From Macrostomum lignano (lineage: Eukaryota), in assembly GCA_002269645.1 (NCBI GenBank), contig NIVC01001248.1:1-64000 (forward strand): 64,000 nucleotides of DNA, written 5' to 3'. Positions 12,308-24,096 of the stretch are shown piece after piece. Below the pieces are notes generated by a model. It saw only the letters and a program-made list of their open reading frames with translations, did not search any database and was not told where the DNA came from. Position 1 is the stretch's first letter, and every line of letters begins with the position of its first letter. Position numbers and translations under genes: made by a program.

Positions 12308-14380
12308 TCTCGCGCATCCCGAGGCTATAAATAGAAACACCCCTAACTGCACCGTAACCAAGACTATCTACTCTCTCTTACGCGCACTAATTGCTACTGT
12401 GCTAATGCTAAAAATACGCACTTCTCCTCTCTGCCGAGCACTTTGGTTTACTAACAATACTCAAGGTCTCTGTTCGTTCAATTACCAGAGATACAACAGG
12501 AATGCTAGCAGCTCGAATATATTTGGGCCATCTTGCTGAGTGACAAAGTCATAAGAATTCACGTCAGTTTAGATAAGGTCGGCCCGCAGGCCACACGTCC
12601 CTCGAGTCCTTTGAAACTTCACAATAGCAATACGGCCCGCTCAAGGTTCGTGTCTCTTCTCAGATCTCTTTTCTTTAGTCTCCTCTCTCTTCTCTCTAAT
12701 CTCCTCTCTCTTCTCTCCTCTCCTCTTCTCTCCTGTGTCCTTTTCAGGGCATTTTCAGGGCATCAATATGGCACTTTTTGCCTCGAATTGTCTATTAAGG
12801 CAAAGTAAAGTATTAGGACTTGTATGGTATGTAACTTCGTTAAATAATGGCCATAGAAACTCGTGCGTTTATATGTATACAAGTGCATTAACTGCCCGCT
12901 AATTTGCATTAAAGTAAGTTTTGACAAAGACAATCGGGCGTTAAATGTCATTAACTGCCCGCTAATTTCGATATTTCTTTACTGCAAGCGGGCATAAATG
13001 TAGTCTATGGCATTAAAAGGCAAGAATAAAAAGTGCCCAGCGGGCACAAAGGTCATGGTACAATCGGGTATACCATCGCGTTCTAGTTGATTTAGCTCTT
13101 CAATCACGTCGTCTGGAATGTCGAGAATCTCTTCTGACTCGATCTTGTCCGCGAATTCCTTGTTCAATTCCTCCAAATACCGGCTGTTTGACTCCGCTCA
13201 AATCCAGGCCAGCTCTTCGGTCGACATACCAGAAACAACTTTTCTAGGTAAATTTGAATAATTGATTAAGTGATTCATCATGTTCAGAGCGCGGAAGCAG
13301 AATGCTAACAGATTAAAATGTATCCTGCCGTTCTTATTCCTTTTACAGTGAATCTAAGCCCATAAATACTTATGCCTATTTGTCTATGGTCCTAAATTGA
13401 CAAATGAGGAGAAAGAATGGCCATAGACACTTAAAACTTCCTGCATGTGATAACACAGATCCCGGAATTTTCGTCATTGACGCCCGGGAATTTCCTACAT
13501 TATGACAATATTACAACAATATCACAATATCACAATATCACATGCATTGAGAAATGGTATAATTGGTATAATGGAGAAATGAGAAATTGGTCGGTCGTAA
13601 GCGCCCGACCAAAAGTCTACACTGTTGCCCGGAAAAAATGTAAATGTTATAATGACACAATTCCAACCCTTCAGGAAATTTAAATGTTGCTAATGACGCC
13701 ACCGATTCCTGGAAAATATATGCTGGCCTGAGGCAATTCCTTTCCTTATCTCACATTGAATAAAAAGTGAATGAAAAGTCATGGAGCGCTTTTAACGAGT
13801 GAAAATATTTAGTCTGTTTAAGTCATAACTTGGCGGGCAGACAAAAAATGCGCGGTAAACCAACGAAAAAACATCTCAAATATTTATTTCGCCTTTCACA
13901 TGCATACAGCTTTCAAATTCAATGCGATACACTCATAAACTCACGATTACATGTCGTCTGTTACAGCGGGCACTATTACTCTCAGCTGTTTTAAGGAATG
14001 CTTATCATAACTTATTTCAAGCCTAATATCAATTTTCGATGTATCCAAGATCCATAGTGCTGAATTGAAGTCGACTATTTGAGCACCTGACTCTATTCCA
14101 AGTTAGTGATTCCCAAATTCAGATCGTACCTGGCATCAAGCGAGCAATAGAAGTGAATGTTATTAAATTCATTTTTGTGAGTTTCTTTATTTAGTAGCAA
14201 CTTCTTCTCAGTAATATTTACTGAGCCCTAGGAGACGCAATAAACTCTGGCCAATCGTGCTTCATCGGACACTTTTTTCAGCAATTAAGGACAAAAAACG
14301 TCAGACGAGTGTCCTGAAACCCCCAACACGGTGCAAGCTACGAGTATAATCCGAGAGCTAGAATCCGAGTCTGCATCGCA

Positions 14381-14713
14381 ATGCGTTTTACTAAAATGCC
14401 AGACGCCAACATCAGCAGCCATGGCCCCGAGGCCAGCAACGCCACGGGTCCCGGATACAGCAGGCTGTACATTGCTGTGCGGGCCGTCACCATTCCCGCG
14501 GCCGCCGCTGGCCTGCTGCTCAGCTGCCTGTCGCTGACGCTGCTGGTCCGCAAGTACCTGCGCAACCGGGTGGTGTTCGACGTCGGCCTCATCCTGATGC
14601 AGCTGGCCCACGTCAACTACTGCCTGGCCACTTGCGGCTACATGCCGTTCGACCTGGCGCTGCTCATGTCGGAGCACACTTTAGAGGCGTCACTGGCGAA
14701 CACGTTGTTCGAT
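14381..14713 (+). CDS. 7TM receptor copy B, exon 1
   Basis: ATG at 14381 (alternative in-frame ATG at 14396). NIS/NAT sequons, TM1-2 nearly identical to copy A, donor GAT|GTGAGC at 14714. Confidence 0.85.
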
Positions 14714-16223
14714 GTGAGCTGGCTCGATGGCTTTATCAATTAATTGCATAATCTGCGGGTCCTTTTCTGATTTGAGCATGTAGAGAATTCTGATTTGAGA
14801 TGGGGCAGCTGAAACGAATGTACCGTGCGCGGCCACATTAATGTAGGGTTTGTTTAATTCGTCTCGTGCAATCCACGCTCATGAAGACCAATTCTCAAGG
14901 CGCAAAGTGCGAAATTGTCTGTCGATGAGAATTATGGAGCACTTGTACTCAGGCGTTTGAGAAATAGGCTTAACTACTTTTGACTTGACTTGAAGAGGTA
15001 GCTAACTACAAAGCCCCTATTCAGCAATTTTAGGGAACTACTAATAGCAAGCCTGTTCTGAAGGCTTTTGACCTTGGTGTATGTCCCAACTTATAGTAGC
15101 ACTCCTTTACCATAGCACGAATTCGTTTTCAAAGATATTATAAGAAAAAAGAGTTTCTCTTGGACGTTTTTAGCGCAAACCAAGCACAACACAAACCATT
15201 GTGCTCGTGACAAAAAAATTTAACAGTTAGAAAGCGTACAGAATTGCCAGTGCATTTTTGAGTAACAGATTAAAAATTAGCAACTTTGCGATAACAACTT
15301 TTATAGTGTGAACGAAATATGAATGGTGTTTTTTTGAAAAATTAGTGATAATTTTAACAATAGATATTTATAGTAGCACCTTTAACGCATTTTACCGTTT
15401 AGCTTTTGTTTCACGGTAGTAAGTTACCGTGAAGATTTTTGTTTTAGTGAAAACATTACTGAAAAGTTAAGACGTTTTAAAGCTAACACTTTTACCATTA
15501 CGAGCTACAAGAAACAAAGATTTTCAGTACGGTTGCACTGGATTTCTGTCGCTGGACTCTGGATTTTTGTCGATAGAGAGGAAGGTCGACAGATGACAGC
15601 TCTTAAGAGCCATCTGGATAGCTCGAATACATTTATTTTGAATTGATTACGTTTATCATCCCATATTGCCTTGATAAATGTGAGCCAGTTGGTTAATTGC
15701 TCCTGGAGAAATTCAGCCGCATGCTGCTCGAATTCATCTGGCAGTGCTTTAAACAAAAATTCGACTGCTGAAACAACTCATGCATCAGTGAGTGTCAACG
15801 GATGCGCGAGAGGGTAAAAAAATCCTACGTCATACAATTTCGGGTGATAAGTCCTTGGTCAGTGCAAGTCGAGAGCAAAGAGTTTGCGAGCGAGACGAAA
15901 GTGCCAAGTGCACTGACAAACGATACGATTTATTATAAGCGAGGTTCAATAACAGCCCCCAACCCAAGGGCTAAAACACTGTACATTGTAATTTACAACA
16001 GTGTACATTGAAGTCACGATAGAGCAGAGACGTGCAAAGAGCGTGAGCCCAGACAAAGGGCGCACGCACAGGGTTAAAATCACAAACGATATGCGGAGTA
16101 AAAGCACACGCCCAACCCCTCACGCACCAGGCCCAACAATAAGTCCTTGGTCACGTGGCTAAGAGACTCCAACGCGGACAACAGCTAATATGATGTTTCG
16201 CATACAAATCTGTTCTCTCTCAG

Positions 16224-17123
16224 GTGAGCTACTGCTGGGTGTCGTTCAGCGTAACCGTGAAGAACATGTGGACGGCCTGCATCAGCGTGTTCCGCTGTCT
16301 GGCTACCTTCAATCCCATCAGCTTCCGCCGCTGGCTGACGCGCCGCTTCCAGCTGTGCGGCTTCGGCGTCCTGCTGCTGGTCGCGGCCGCCGCCGGGCCC
16401 GGCACCTTCGCCGCGTGGCGTCTGGCAGCCGGCGGCAGCGAGCGGTTCCTGGTGGACGTGATGCTGCCGCTGACGAGGACGCCTCAGACTTACCTGCCCG
16501 TGCCGCTGATCCTGCTGGCCTCCGGCGTCACCGCCGCTCAGTTGGCCGTCGCCAGGAACAGCCAGCCTGGTGAGACAGCCGATACCACCACAAACGCCTC
16601 TAGCTCGAACGCCAACAACAACGCTAGCGCCAGCTTAAACGCTAACGACAATGCCAGCGCCAACGACAACGCGAACGCCAGCGGAACTGCGAACTCGGAG
16701 GCTCGCAGTTGGCGCACGGCCACCCGCATCGTGCTGGTGCTGGCGATCTCATTCTCCATCTTTGAGCTGCCTGGCGCCATCTTCATCACATTCGAGCTAC
16801 ACAAGCTGCTTCCGGACTGGATGGTGCCCGTCAGCGACCTGCTGGTGACCATCGACAGCGCCTGCAGCTTCTTCGTGTTCTACGCGTTCAGCGCCAACTT
16901 CCGTCGTCAAGTCTGCCAGCTGCTGGTTGAGCCCAGAGCTGCTGGCGGTGCACAGCCTCCCAATAACGCTGGAGCTGCCGCTTTGCATCAAAGACGACTT
17001 CGCATCTCCAGCAGCCGCATTGGCAGCAGCAGCGTCGCTGGGGGTGACGGCAGCCGTCAGCAGCTGCTTGATTCGCACGCTTCGGCTCCAATGCAGTTGA
17101 TGGAGATCCGCCGCTCTAAGTAG
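16224..17123 (+). CDS. 7TM receptor copy B, exon 2 (TM3-7; Asn/Ala-rich ICL3 expansion); spliced product ~405-410 aa
   Basis: Acceptor 'ttctctctcag' ending at 16223, phase 0, open to TAG at 17123. TM core near-identical to copy A. Confidence 0.88.
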   Translation: MSYCWVSFSVTVKNMWTACISVFRCLATFNPISFRRWLTRRFQLCGFGVLLLVAAAAGPGTFAAWRLAAGGSERFLVDVMLPLTRTPQTYLPVPLILLASGVTAAQLAVARNSQPGETADTTTNASSSNANNNASASLNANDNASANDNANASGTANSEARSWRTATRIVLVLAISFSIFELPGAIFITFELHKLLPDWMVPVSDLLVTIDSACSFFVFYAFSANFRRQVCQLLVEPRAAGGAQPPNNAGAAALHQRRLRISSSRIGSSSVAGGDGSRQQLLDSHASAPMQLMEIRRSK

Positions 17124-17435
17124 TGCTTGAGTTATAATGTATAATTAGTTAAAGTTGTCTGACTTGTCAACTTTAGTTTCGCCCTGATCTAGATTTAACG
17201 ATGAGTTTCTTCAATACGTTCAAAGGGTATTTTACTGGAACAGCCTCAGTGCTCCTGCACACAGCCATTCGAAGTGAACGAAATGCGCTTACGCGACAAA
17301 TGTTCTGGACCGATCTTGTTTTTGGTACGATTGATGACGCGTGAGTTAGCCTTTAAAGTGCAGATGTGGTCATGCTGTTGCAAGTTTCGTTGAAAACACA
17401 ATTGCTTTCGTCAGTCAAGTTGACAACTGATCCAA

Positions 17436-17908
<473 letters not shown>

Positions 17909-18689
17909 AGTAGAGAAATTCGAAGCAAGAGCTTCATTTTCACGCTATTTGCCATTTTTAATGGTTTATCCTTATCCTCCAGCCTCGTTTTCAACCCCGT
18001 TACTAAAGCACCTGTCAGCAAAGTTCCAAAGCATAGCAACAATGCTTATGTAGCAGTACAGCCTGTTTTGGCTTCATTTTCCTTGCTGTTTTATTGTACC
18101 CGTGTGCCCGGTATGCTTAAGACTAGACAGTCCCCGTGAAAATTCGCTGCACCTGTGAAGTCCAGCTACTGGTGTTTGGCGGCTTTGTCAAAAGAGAACG
18201 CTGAACCAGGTTCGAGAGTCTATTATTGTCGGTGTTATTATTATTTTAGATTAAAGTTGTATTCAAGACCAAGTTTTCAAAGTTTGCAGCTCATTGAAAA
18301 ACTGCATAAATGTGTCGTTTCTAATCGTGATTTTGCACTCTATGGTTTTTTATGCCTATAATTCACTGTAAAAGACAAAAGACTAAAAACTATTTATTAT
18401 ATTGATGTGATCTATTTATTATATTGGCACGTACTCTATTTTAACCGCACTAATTAATATTAGGTTTTATCTTTAACCCACTTTGATTGGCTTCTTGCTT
18501 TGTAGCTCCCCCTCTCTCTGTGACCCTACCCACCTCCATAGCTGCAATTTACTGATAGCTGTGTTTTACGAGCGTATTTAGCAAAATGTACTTTAGTATA
18601 TTTTCGTGTCACTGCATTGGACCTATTTGATTTATTTATTGATTTATTTATCGATTGATATTGATTCATTCACTCAGCCACTGTCACCC

Positions 18690-19030
18690 CCTTGTCATTA
18701 GTTGTCTCCTTGTCCCCTGTCAGCCTAGTTTTCTACCCCCTCGCCGTGCTGTTATTGGTTGTCTCCTTCTCCACTGTCAGCCTAGTTTTCTACCCCCTCG
18801 TCGTGCTGTTATTGGTTGTCTCCTTGTCCACTGTCAGCCTAGTTTTCTATTCCCTCGTCGTGCTGTTATTGGTTGTCTCCTTGTCCACTGTCAGCCTAGT
18901 TTTCTACCCCCTCGTCGTGCTGTTATTGGTTGTCTCCTTGTCCACTGTCAGCCTAGTTTTCTACCCCCTCGCCGTGCTGTTATTGGTTGTCTCCTTGTCC
19001 ACTGTCAGCCTAGTTTTCTACCCCCTCCCG
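18690..19030. repeat. 57-bp minisatellite (~6 units)
   Basis: 'cagcctagttttctaccccctcg' recurs at 18721, 18778 and onward with period 57. Confidence 0.93.
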
Positions 19031-19634
19031 CATTGTGTTCTGCGTGGCTGCAGCAGATTAGTGGCGTGAGTCACCTCCCCATGGCTATCTGTCTGTACCC
19101 TCGACTGAGCGAGCTGCACCAATTAAACTTAGCATGAACTCGGCTACAGATAACAACCCCAACCGATGCTATCACGCGACACAAAAGCTTAGCAATGTCT
19201 CTAAGGCTCATTCACACCGCCATCAAATCACACGACCAATGTACAGAGGAATCAAATTTGATGTAGAATTTTCGTTGATCCTACGAAATTTGGCCTTATT
19301 TGATGGTGGTGTGAACGAGCCTTGAATGCATAGAAGAACATTATACTATCGATTCGTTTAAACAGAGTTGAAGGCAGATTTTGTTGTCGTGTACATCAAA
19401 GAGATAGATACTCGTAAATTGCATGATTTTCAACATAATATGCGCTTTTGTACTCGTAGTAGACTAAGGCTATTTCATTCAGAAAGTTTGCAGTATGTAA
19501 CCAGAAACATACATTTGATACATTTTAGTGTATTTTTTGTTTAGGCCTAATATTAGGTTATTACAGTTTTTTAAACTACTTTTTACCAACTAGAAGGTGT
19601 TCGGGTCCCGTAAATTATCTCTAGGCTTCGATAT

Positions 19635-21240
19635 TAGGGAATACAAAATCCCGGATTTTGCCAATCACGGGATCCCGACGAATTGGGCCGGGATCCCGGG
19701 ATCCCAGGATTGAAAAGATTTCTAATCTTTGTTGATCCAATTTTGGTTTACGAAGCCATCTAACCTGATTTTAACAGGTTGTGGTCCGATAGCAATGTCC
19801 CACTTGAAGTAGAATGCTGTTTGCTTCCCGGTTAGGCACTTAAGATTACCCTAAGACTCGAGCCTCTTCAGTGGGAAGTTCTCTTAACTCTCAGTAGCGT
19901 AGGTAGTGCTGCCACCAGTTCCTTCAGGTCTCGGCCTTCGGTGAGGTGAGCTTCCCGTCGGAACGAAATAAATAAGTCAACGAACTCAGCACAGCGTGCA
20001 GATTTGCAGATTAATGAACAAGGCGTCCTGGTCAGCAGATCCCGCCGGGCTCAGGGGGTGGCTGGGAAGGCAGTGTTAGCCTCCCTTAGGCTTGGGCGTC
20101 TAAGTTTAGTCAGGCCAATTACAGATAGCTTAAATGGGCAACTGAAGGAAGTCTGGAAAACTAGACTAAAGAAGCACTACAAGAAGAAGAATGACAAGAA
20201 GAATACGAAGAATACGAATTCGACAACTAGGTGACTAAGAGGACAAAATCCTTGACTGAACCAAGGGTGAGGGGCACGTATTTATAGGCAGGGAATCCCC
20301 GCTGCGCCAGTGTGCGCCGGACCTCGTGACTCTGGTCTATTCTAAAAATAGACCACTGACGTCACTGACGTCAGTCAGTGGTCTAACTGACGTCACTCTC
20401 TGCCTTAGAGAAGGCAGGGTTTGCGGGTAAAGTGCACAGGGCCGCAGGACTCAGTATCTATTTTTAGAAACATGAGTCACCTACCTTAGAGAAGGCAAGG
20501 GCCCCGAAGCACGTGATTCCTCCTGTAAACACGGGCCAACGAGTGCAGTAAACATGTTTACTGCACTTTAGGACTTCGAGAAAACAAGACTTGTCAGGTG
20601 ACTTGCTCACATGACAAGGGAAACAGGCCCCCAGCGTGACCTCACGACAGGAACGAAACGCAGAGCAGGCCACAGCAGAGAAGCTCGTGGCTGCAAGCAA
20701 GAGCGCAGAGAAGAGGGGGGGGCGCCAGAGAACAGGTAGCAAAAGGGAGGGAGGCTGCCCAGCGGCAGACAGCAACCCAGGGCGAGGGCGAGGGCGAAGG
20801 AAGCTGCTGACAATAGTGCGACGCCTAACACCAAACTAGCGGATCACTACACACTGTTCTAATCCCAACTACGGCCAAGGAGTTTTGAAGGTAGGGACTG
20901 CTCAAATTAGTTCTAAATTATTACACCTTAAACACCCTTACGACCTGCTAACAGCTTCTGTTTTGCATCCCTGCAGCCCTAGCCTTCTACTCACTAGCCT
21001 GCATGCTTGAAAGATTAAGAAATCAAAGTAGGACAACTGGGTTATGATTTTCACCTGACAAGTAGCTCAGCTGCAGATACTACTACTGGAGAATGAATGA
21101 TTGAATTATTGAAAAGCGGGATCGGGATCCCGATGGTCCATCCCGGGATTTTCGAATCCCGGGTTTATAAATCCCGAGAATTAGGCCTAATCAAAATCCA
21201 GGGATTCCGGGATCCCGGAATCGCGGGTTTATATTCCCGA
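19635..21240. mobile_element. GGGATCCC-rich MITE-like element split by an internal insertion
   Basis: Left end 'tagggaatacaaaatcccgg' and right end 'gtttatattcccga' form an imperfect inverted repeat. Both halves (19635-19715 and 21110-21240) are dense in gggatccc/atcccg motifs. Confidence 0.45.
19908..20870 (-). mobile_element. Putative LTR fragment with adjacent primer-binding site
   Basis: On the - strand: TATAAAT (20286-20280), three TGACGTCA and one TGAGTCA upstream of it, and TGGTGGCAGC (19917-19908), complementary to the 3' end of tRNA-Leu. No second LTR or coding region is visible. Confidence 0.4.
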
Positions 21241-22738
21241 TTCGATATATTCAGAACCACTTTACTGATAATGAATCTGCAAGCGTATTCACAAAAAATT
21301 GCGCCAAAGATTCTCGGCTGCTTTATTGCTTTCTAAGCATGAAGACTTGACTACCAAATGCACCAAAATATAGGGTATCTCCATTGTGCAGGATTTTTCT
21401 TGCACCCACATCCATTTGCACCCAAATTAGTTACTTGCTTGGTAGGGGAGAAAAGTCTCAACAACCTTCTACATGCAGTTTATTCGGAGATGCAGACATT
21501 TTAATAATCGGCCTTTAAGTATTTTTCTCGATATGCAAGTGTTGCGTCCTTCTAGTCCAGTAGTCCTTGTTTCAGTATCGTGTTTAGGAGTAGGAACCAC
21601 GAGCATGCAAACTTGTCGTGGCATCTTGATTAACTGGAGCTGGTTGATGAACTCTTGGGGACATCCTGCTTGCGGATGGCGTTACGCAGAAGACTGCTGC
21701 CACAAGCTCGTGCTTTTCTGTATGCGACGCTCCCTCCGCTCTCGCTACTCCAAAAGAAAATATACCAGGTCGATTAGTCATAGTGAGCGGCGAAGTGCCA
21801 GCAAACGTAATTGTTTTCCTGCCTCTGTTCTTTCGGGTTCAATTAGGGCATTGTAATGAAATTTTACATAGGCACAATGACAAGTCAAAACGGCCATTGT
21901 TACACACCATTCAGCGACTCCACCGGCAAATAAAAATTTATGACTAAGTTATAGACTCGCCTATTATCTTATCTGATTGTCAGTTCAACTGACCCTCGCT
22001 ATGCATAATCAATGTACTCGTACATCATACATTGATTATGCATATATGATTATGAAATAATTGCCGCTCAAAAGTGTGTTAAACTGACCGGTGCCTGGGT
22101 AAAAATTCTATACAATCTACCATTTGTCACCAGAGCCTGTGCGTTAGTGCGACAGTGGGTTGGCCAGCAGCAGAACTGGGTCTTATATCAGATAGTACGA
22201 GTGTAGTATATGCAAAAAGTTACGTACTGATAGTTTGAATAAGCACACTTTGAATGTGTATCCATAGGTGAGGTATAGCCTCTGCAGTTCAGACTACCTG
22301 TTAGGTCTTGACTTGAACGACGACAGCAGCGTCACAGGGCCCGCCTCGTAGGCCTCGCCACCGACCGAATCCGGGGCGCTGGAGTCGCCGGGGGGAAGGA
22401 GGGCGGAACAGACCAGACAGGCCTCTGGTGACACGCACGTTGCTCGATTGTGTGCGCCGCGTCAACCTTCTATTCTCGACCGTCGCCTGGAACACCACCT
22501 CCCAGTGGCGGATCTTCGACCATTGACTGCCGCAATTTCACTGGCACAAATCAACTACCAACAGTTTGATTGTGCGAAGCGATTGCCGAACCCAACCCAC
22601 CCAAACCATAACCCTAAACTAACCCTAGCCTTAACCATGTCCTAGAAACCCAAACCTAAATCCGAATCGTAACCTAAATAGTCTGCAGCCAATTTGCGGC
22701 AATCAATTGTCCTGCTTCCTCCTCCCCTGGCGATCATG

Positions 22739-22955
22739 CAGTGGTGGGCAAAACTCCGACCCGCGGACCACATGCCGCTTTCGAAGCCCCTCTATCCGAC
22801 CCTCGGGTCCTTTGAAACTTCACAAGCGATCCGGCCCGCTCAAGGTCTTTCCCCTCTCCCCTCTCTTGTCTTCTCTGCCCTCTTTCTTTTCTCCCATCTT
22901 ATCTCTATTCCACTCTCATCTGGCCCTTAAGGGTAAAAACGTTTGCCGACCCCTG
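22739..22955. mobile_element. hAT/Charlie (MER58-like) MITE
   Basis: Termini CAGTGGTGGGCAAAC and GTTTGCCGACCCCTG match at 13/15. The 5' 'ccgacccgcggaccacatg' is typical of Charlie-type ends. The internal 'gtcctttgaaacttcacaa...cggcccgctcaagg' is also present in a partial copy at ~12575-12760. Confidence 0.65.
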
Positions 22956-23633
22956 ATGTAGGGCCCTCGAACTGCAGGGCCTGACGTGGTTTCGAATCTC
23001 AATTTTGGATTTCGTAGATGCGAACAAGGACACGATGACATAATGGATGATTGCAATAAAACACCCGGTGGCAAGGATGACTCATCATGAAAAAGAATTC
23101 AAAAAGATCTGTAGCTTTTTTCTGAAGTTCGACTTCCAATAAGTGCTCAAAATTGTGCATTTACCCTGCATGAACCTCTGTTAAGCCCAACAGACAAAGG
23201 AGGCCGACACTGAGTAGATAATCACGTTAGCGAGGAATGGGGCTGTCGCGTGCCTTTGACGGGGCTTTGTACAAGTCAAAAGTTTTAAGATTCTTGGTCA
23301 TTAGCTGAGATGCAAAAGCAGTCCCAATTCAACTAATGCACTCTGCCCTCAATCTGTCCTCAGCTATTTAGCAAACACGTCTTCAAGTCATTGAAAACTT
23401 AAGTACGTAGAAAGAACGCAGATTTTCGATGTAAAATGCATCACTAGCGAGATTTGTAGTTTCTTCCAGTTCTATCGCTAAATTCTCAGTATCTCAACTG
23501 ATAAAGTTTTTCATTTTTTATCAATGCTACTAGAGAGCGGAAATTCGGTAAGTTCCCGTTTTTCTATCTAAAAAAATTAAATTTCTTAGCCTGATTTCCC
23601 TTGACCGAAGTTTTCTATGCTTCAAGTGTGGAA

Positions 23634-23765
23634 GTACTTGGTCAAGGAGCCCTCTATACCTGTAGGCGACACTGGTCAAGGAGCCCTCTATACCTGTAGG
23701 TGACACTGGTCAAGGAGCCCTCTATACCTGTAGGTGACACTGGTCAAGGAGCCCTCTATACCTGT
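23634..23765. repeat. 34-bp satellite (cctgtaggygacactggtcaaggagccctctata), left part
   Basis: About 4 units, interrupted by the LTR element at 23766. Confidence 0.95.
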
Positions 23766-23946
23766 TGTTAGCTCGGAGTCGATTATTGAATCACTTTCAC
23801 TTGAAAATCAAGCTGCATGCTCTCGCGGCTTACTTTGCCTTCTTTCGTTCTTTTTTATTTATTCTTTAGCGCTGCCTTCACTCATTACAACTCTATGGGT
23901 TTGGCCAAAGACAGCATACCGACGCACACACAAGCCGATACTAACA
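23766..23946 (-). repeat. 3' LTR (181 bp)
   Basis: Differs from 27871-28057 by one substitution and one 6-bp indel; preceded on the - strand by the PPT at 23954-23947. Confidence 0.95.
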
Positions 23947-24096
23947 CTCCTCCCATGCGAGATAAAAAATACTCTAAAAGAATGCACCTCATGGTTTCAT
24001 AATGAGGTGGAGACACGCTTTCAAATAATAAAATAAAAACAACAGGTACACAATCAGTTCACAAGAGTAGCTTTCCATTGCAAACTACGCTTGGAT

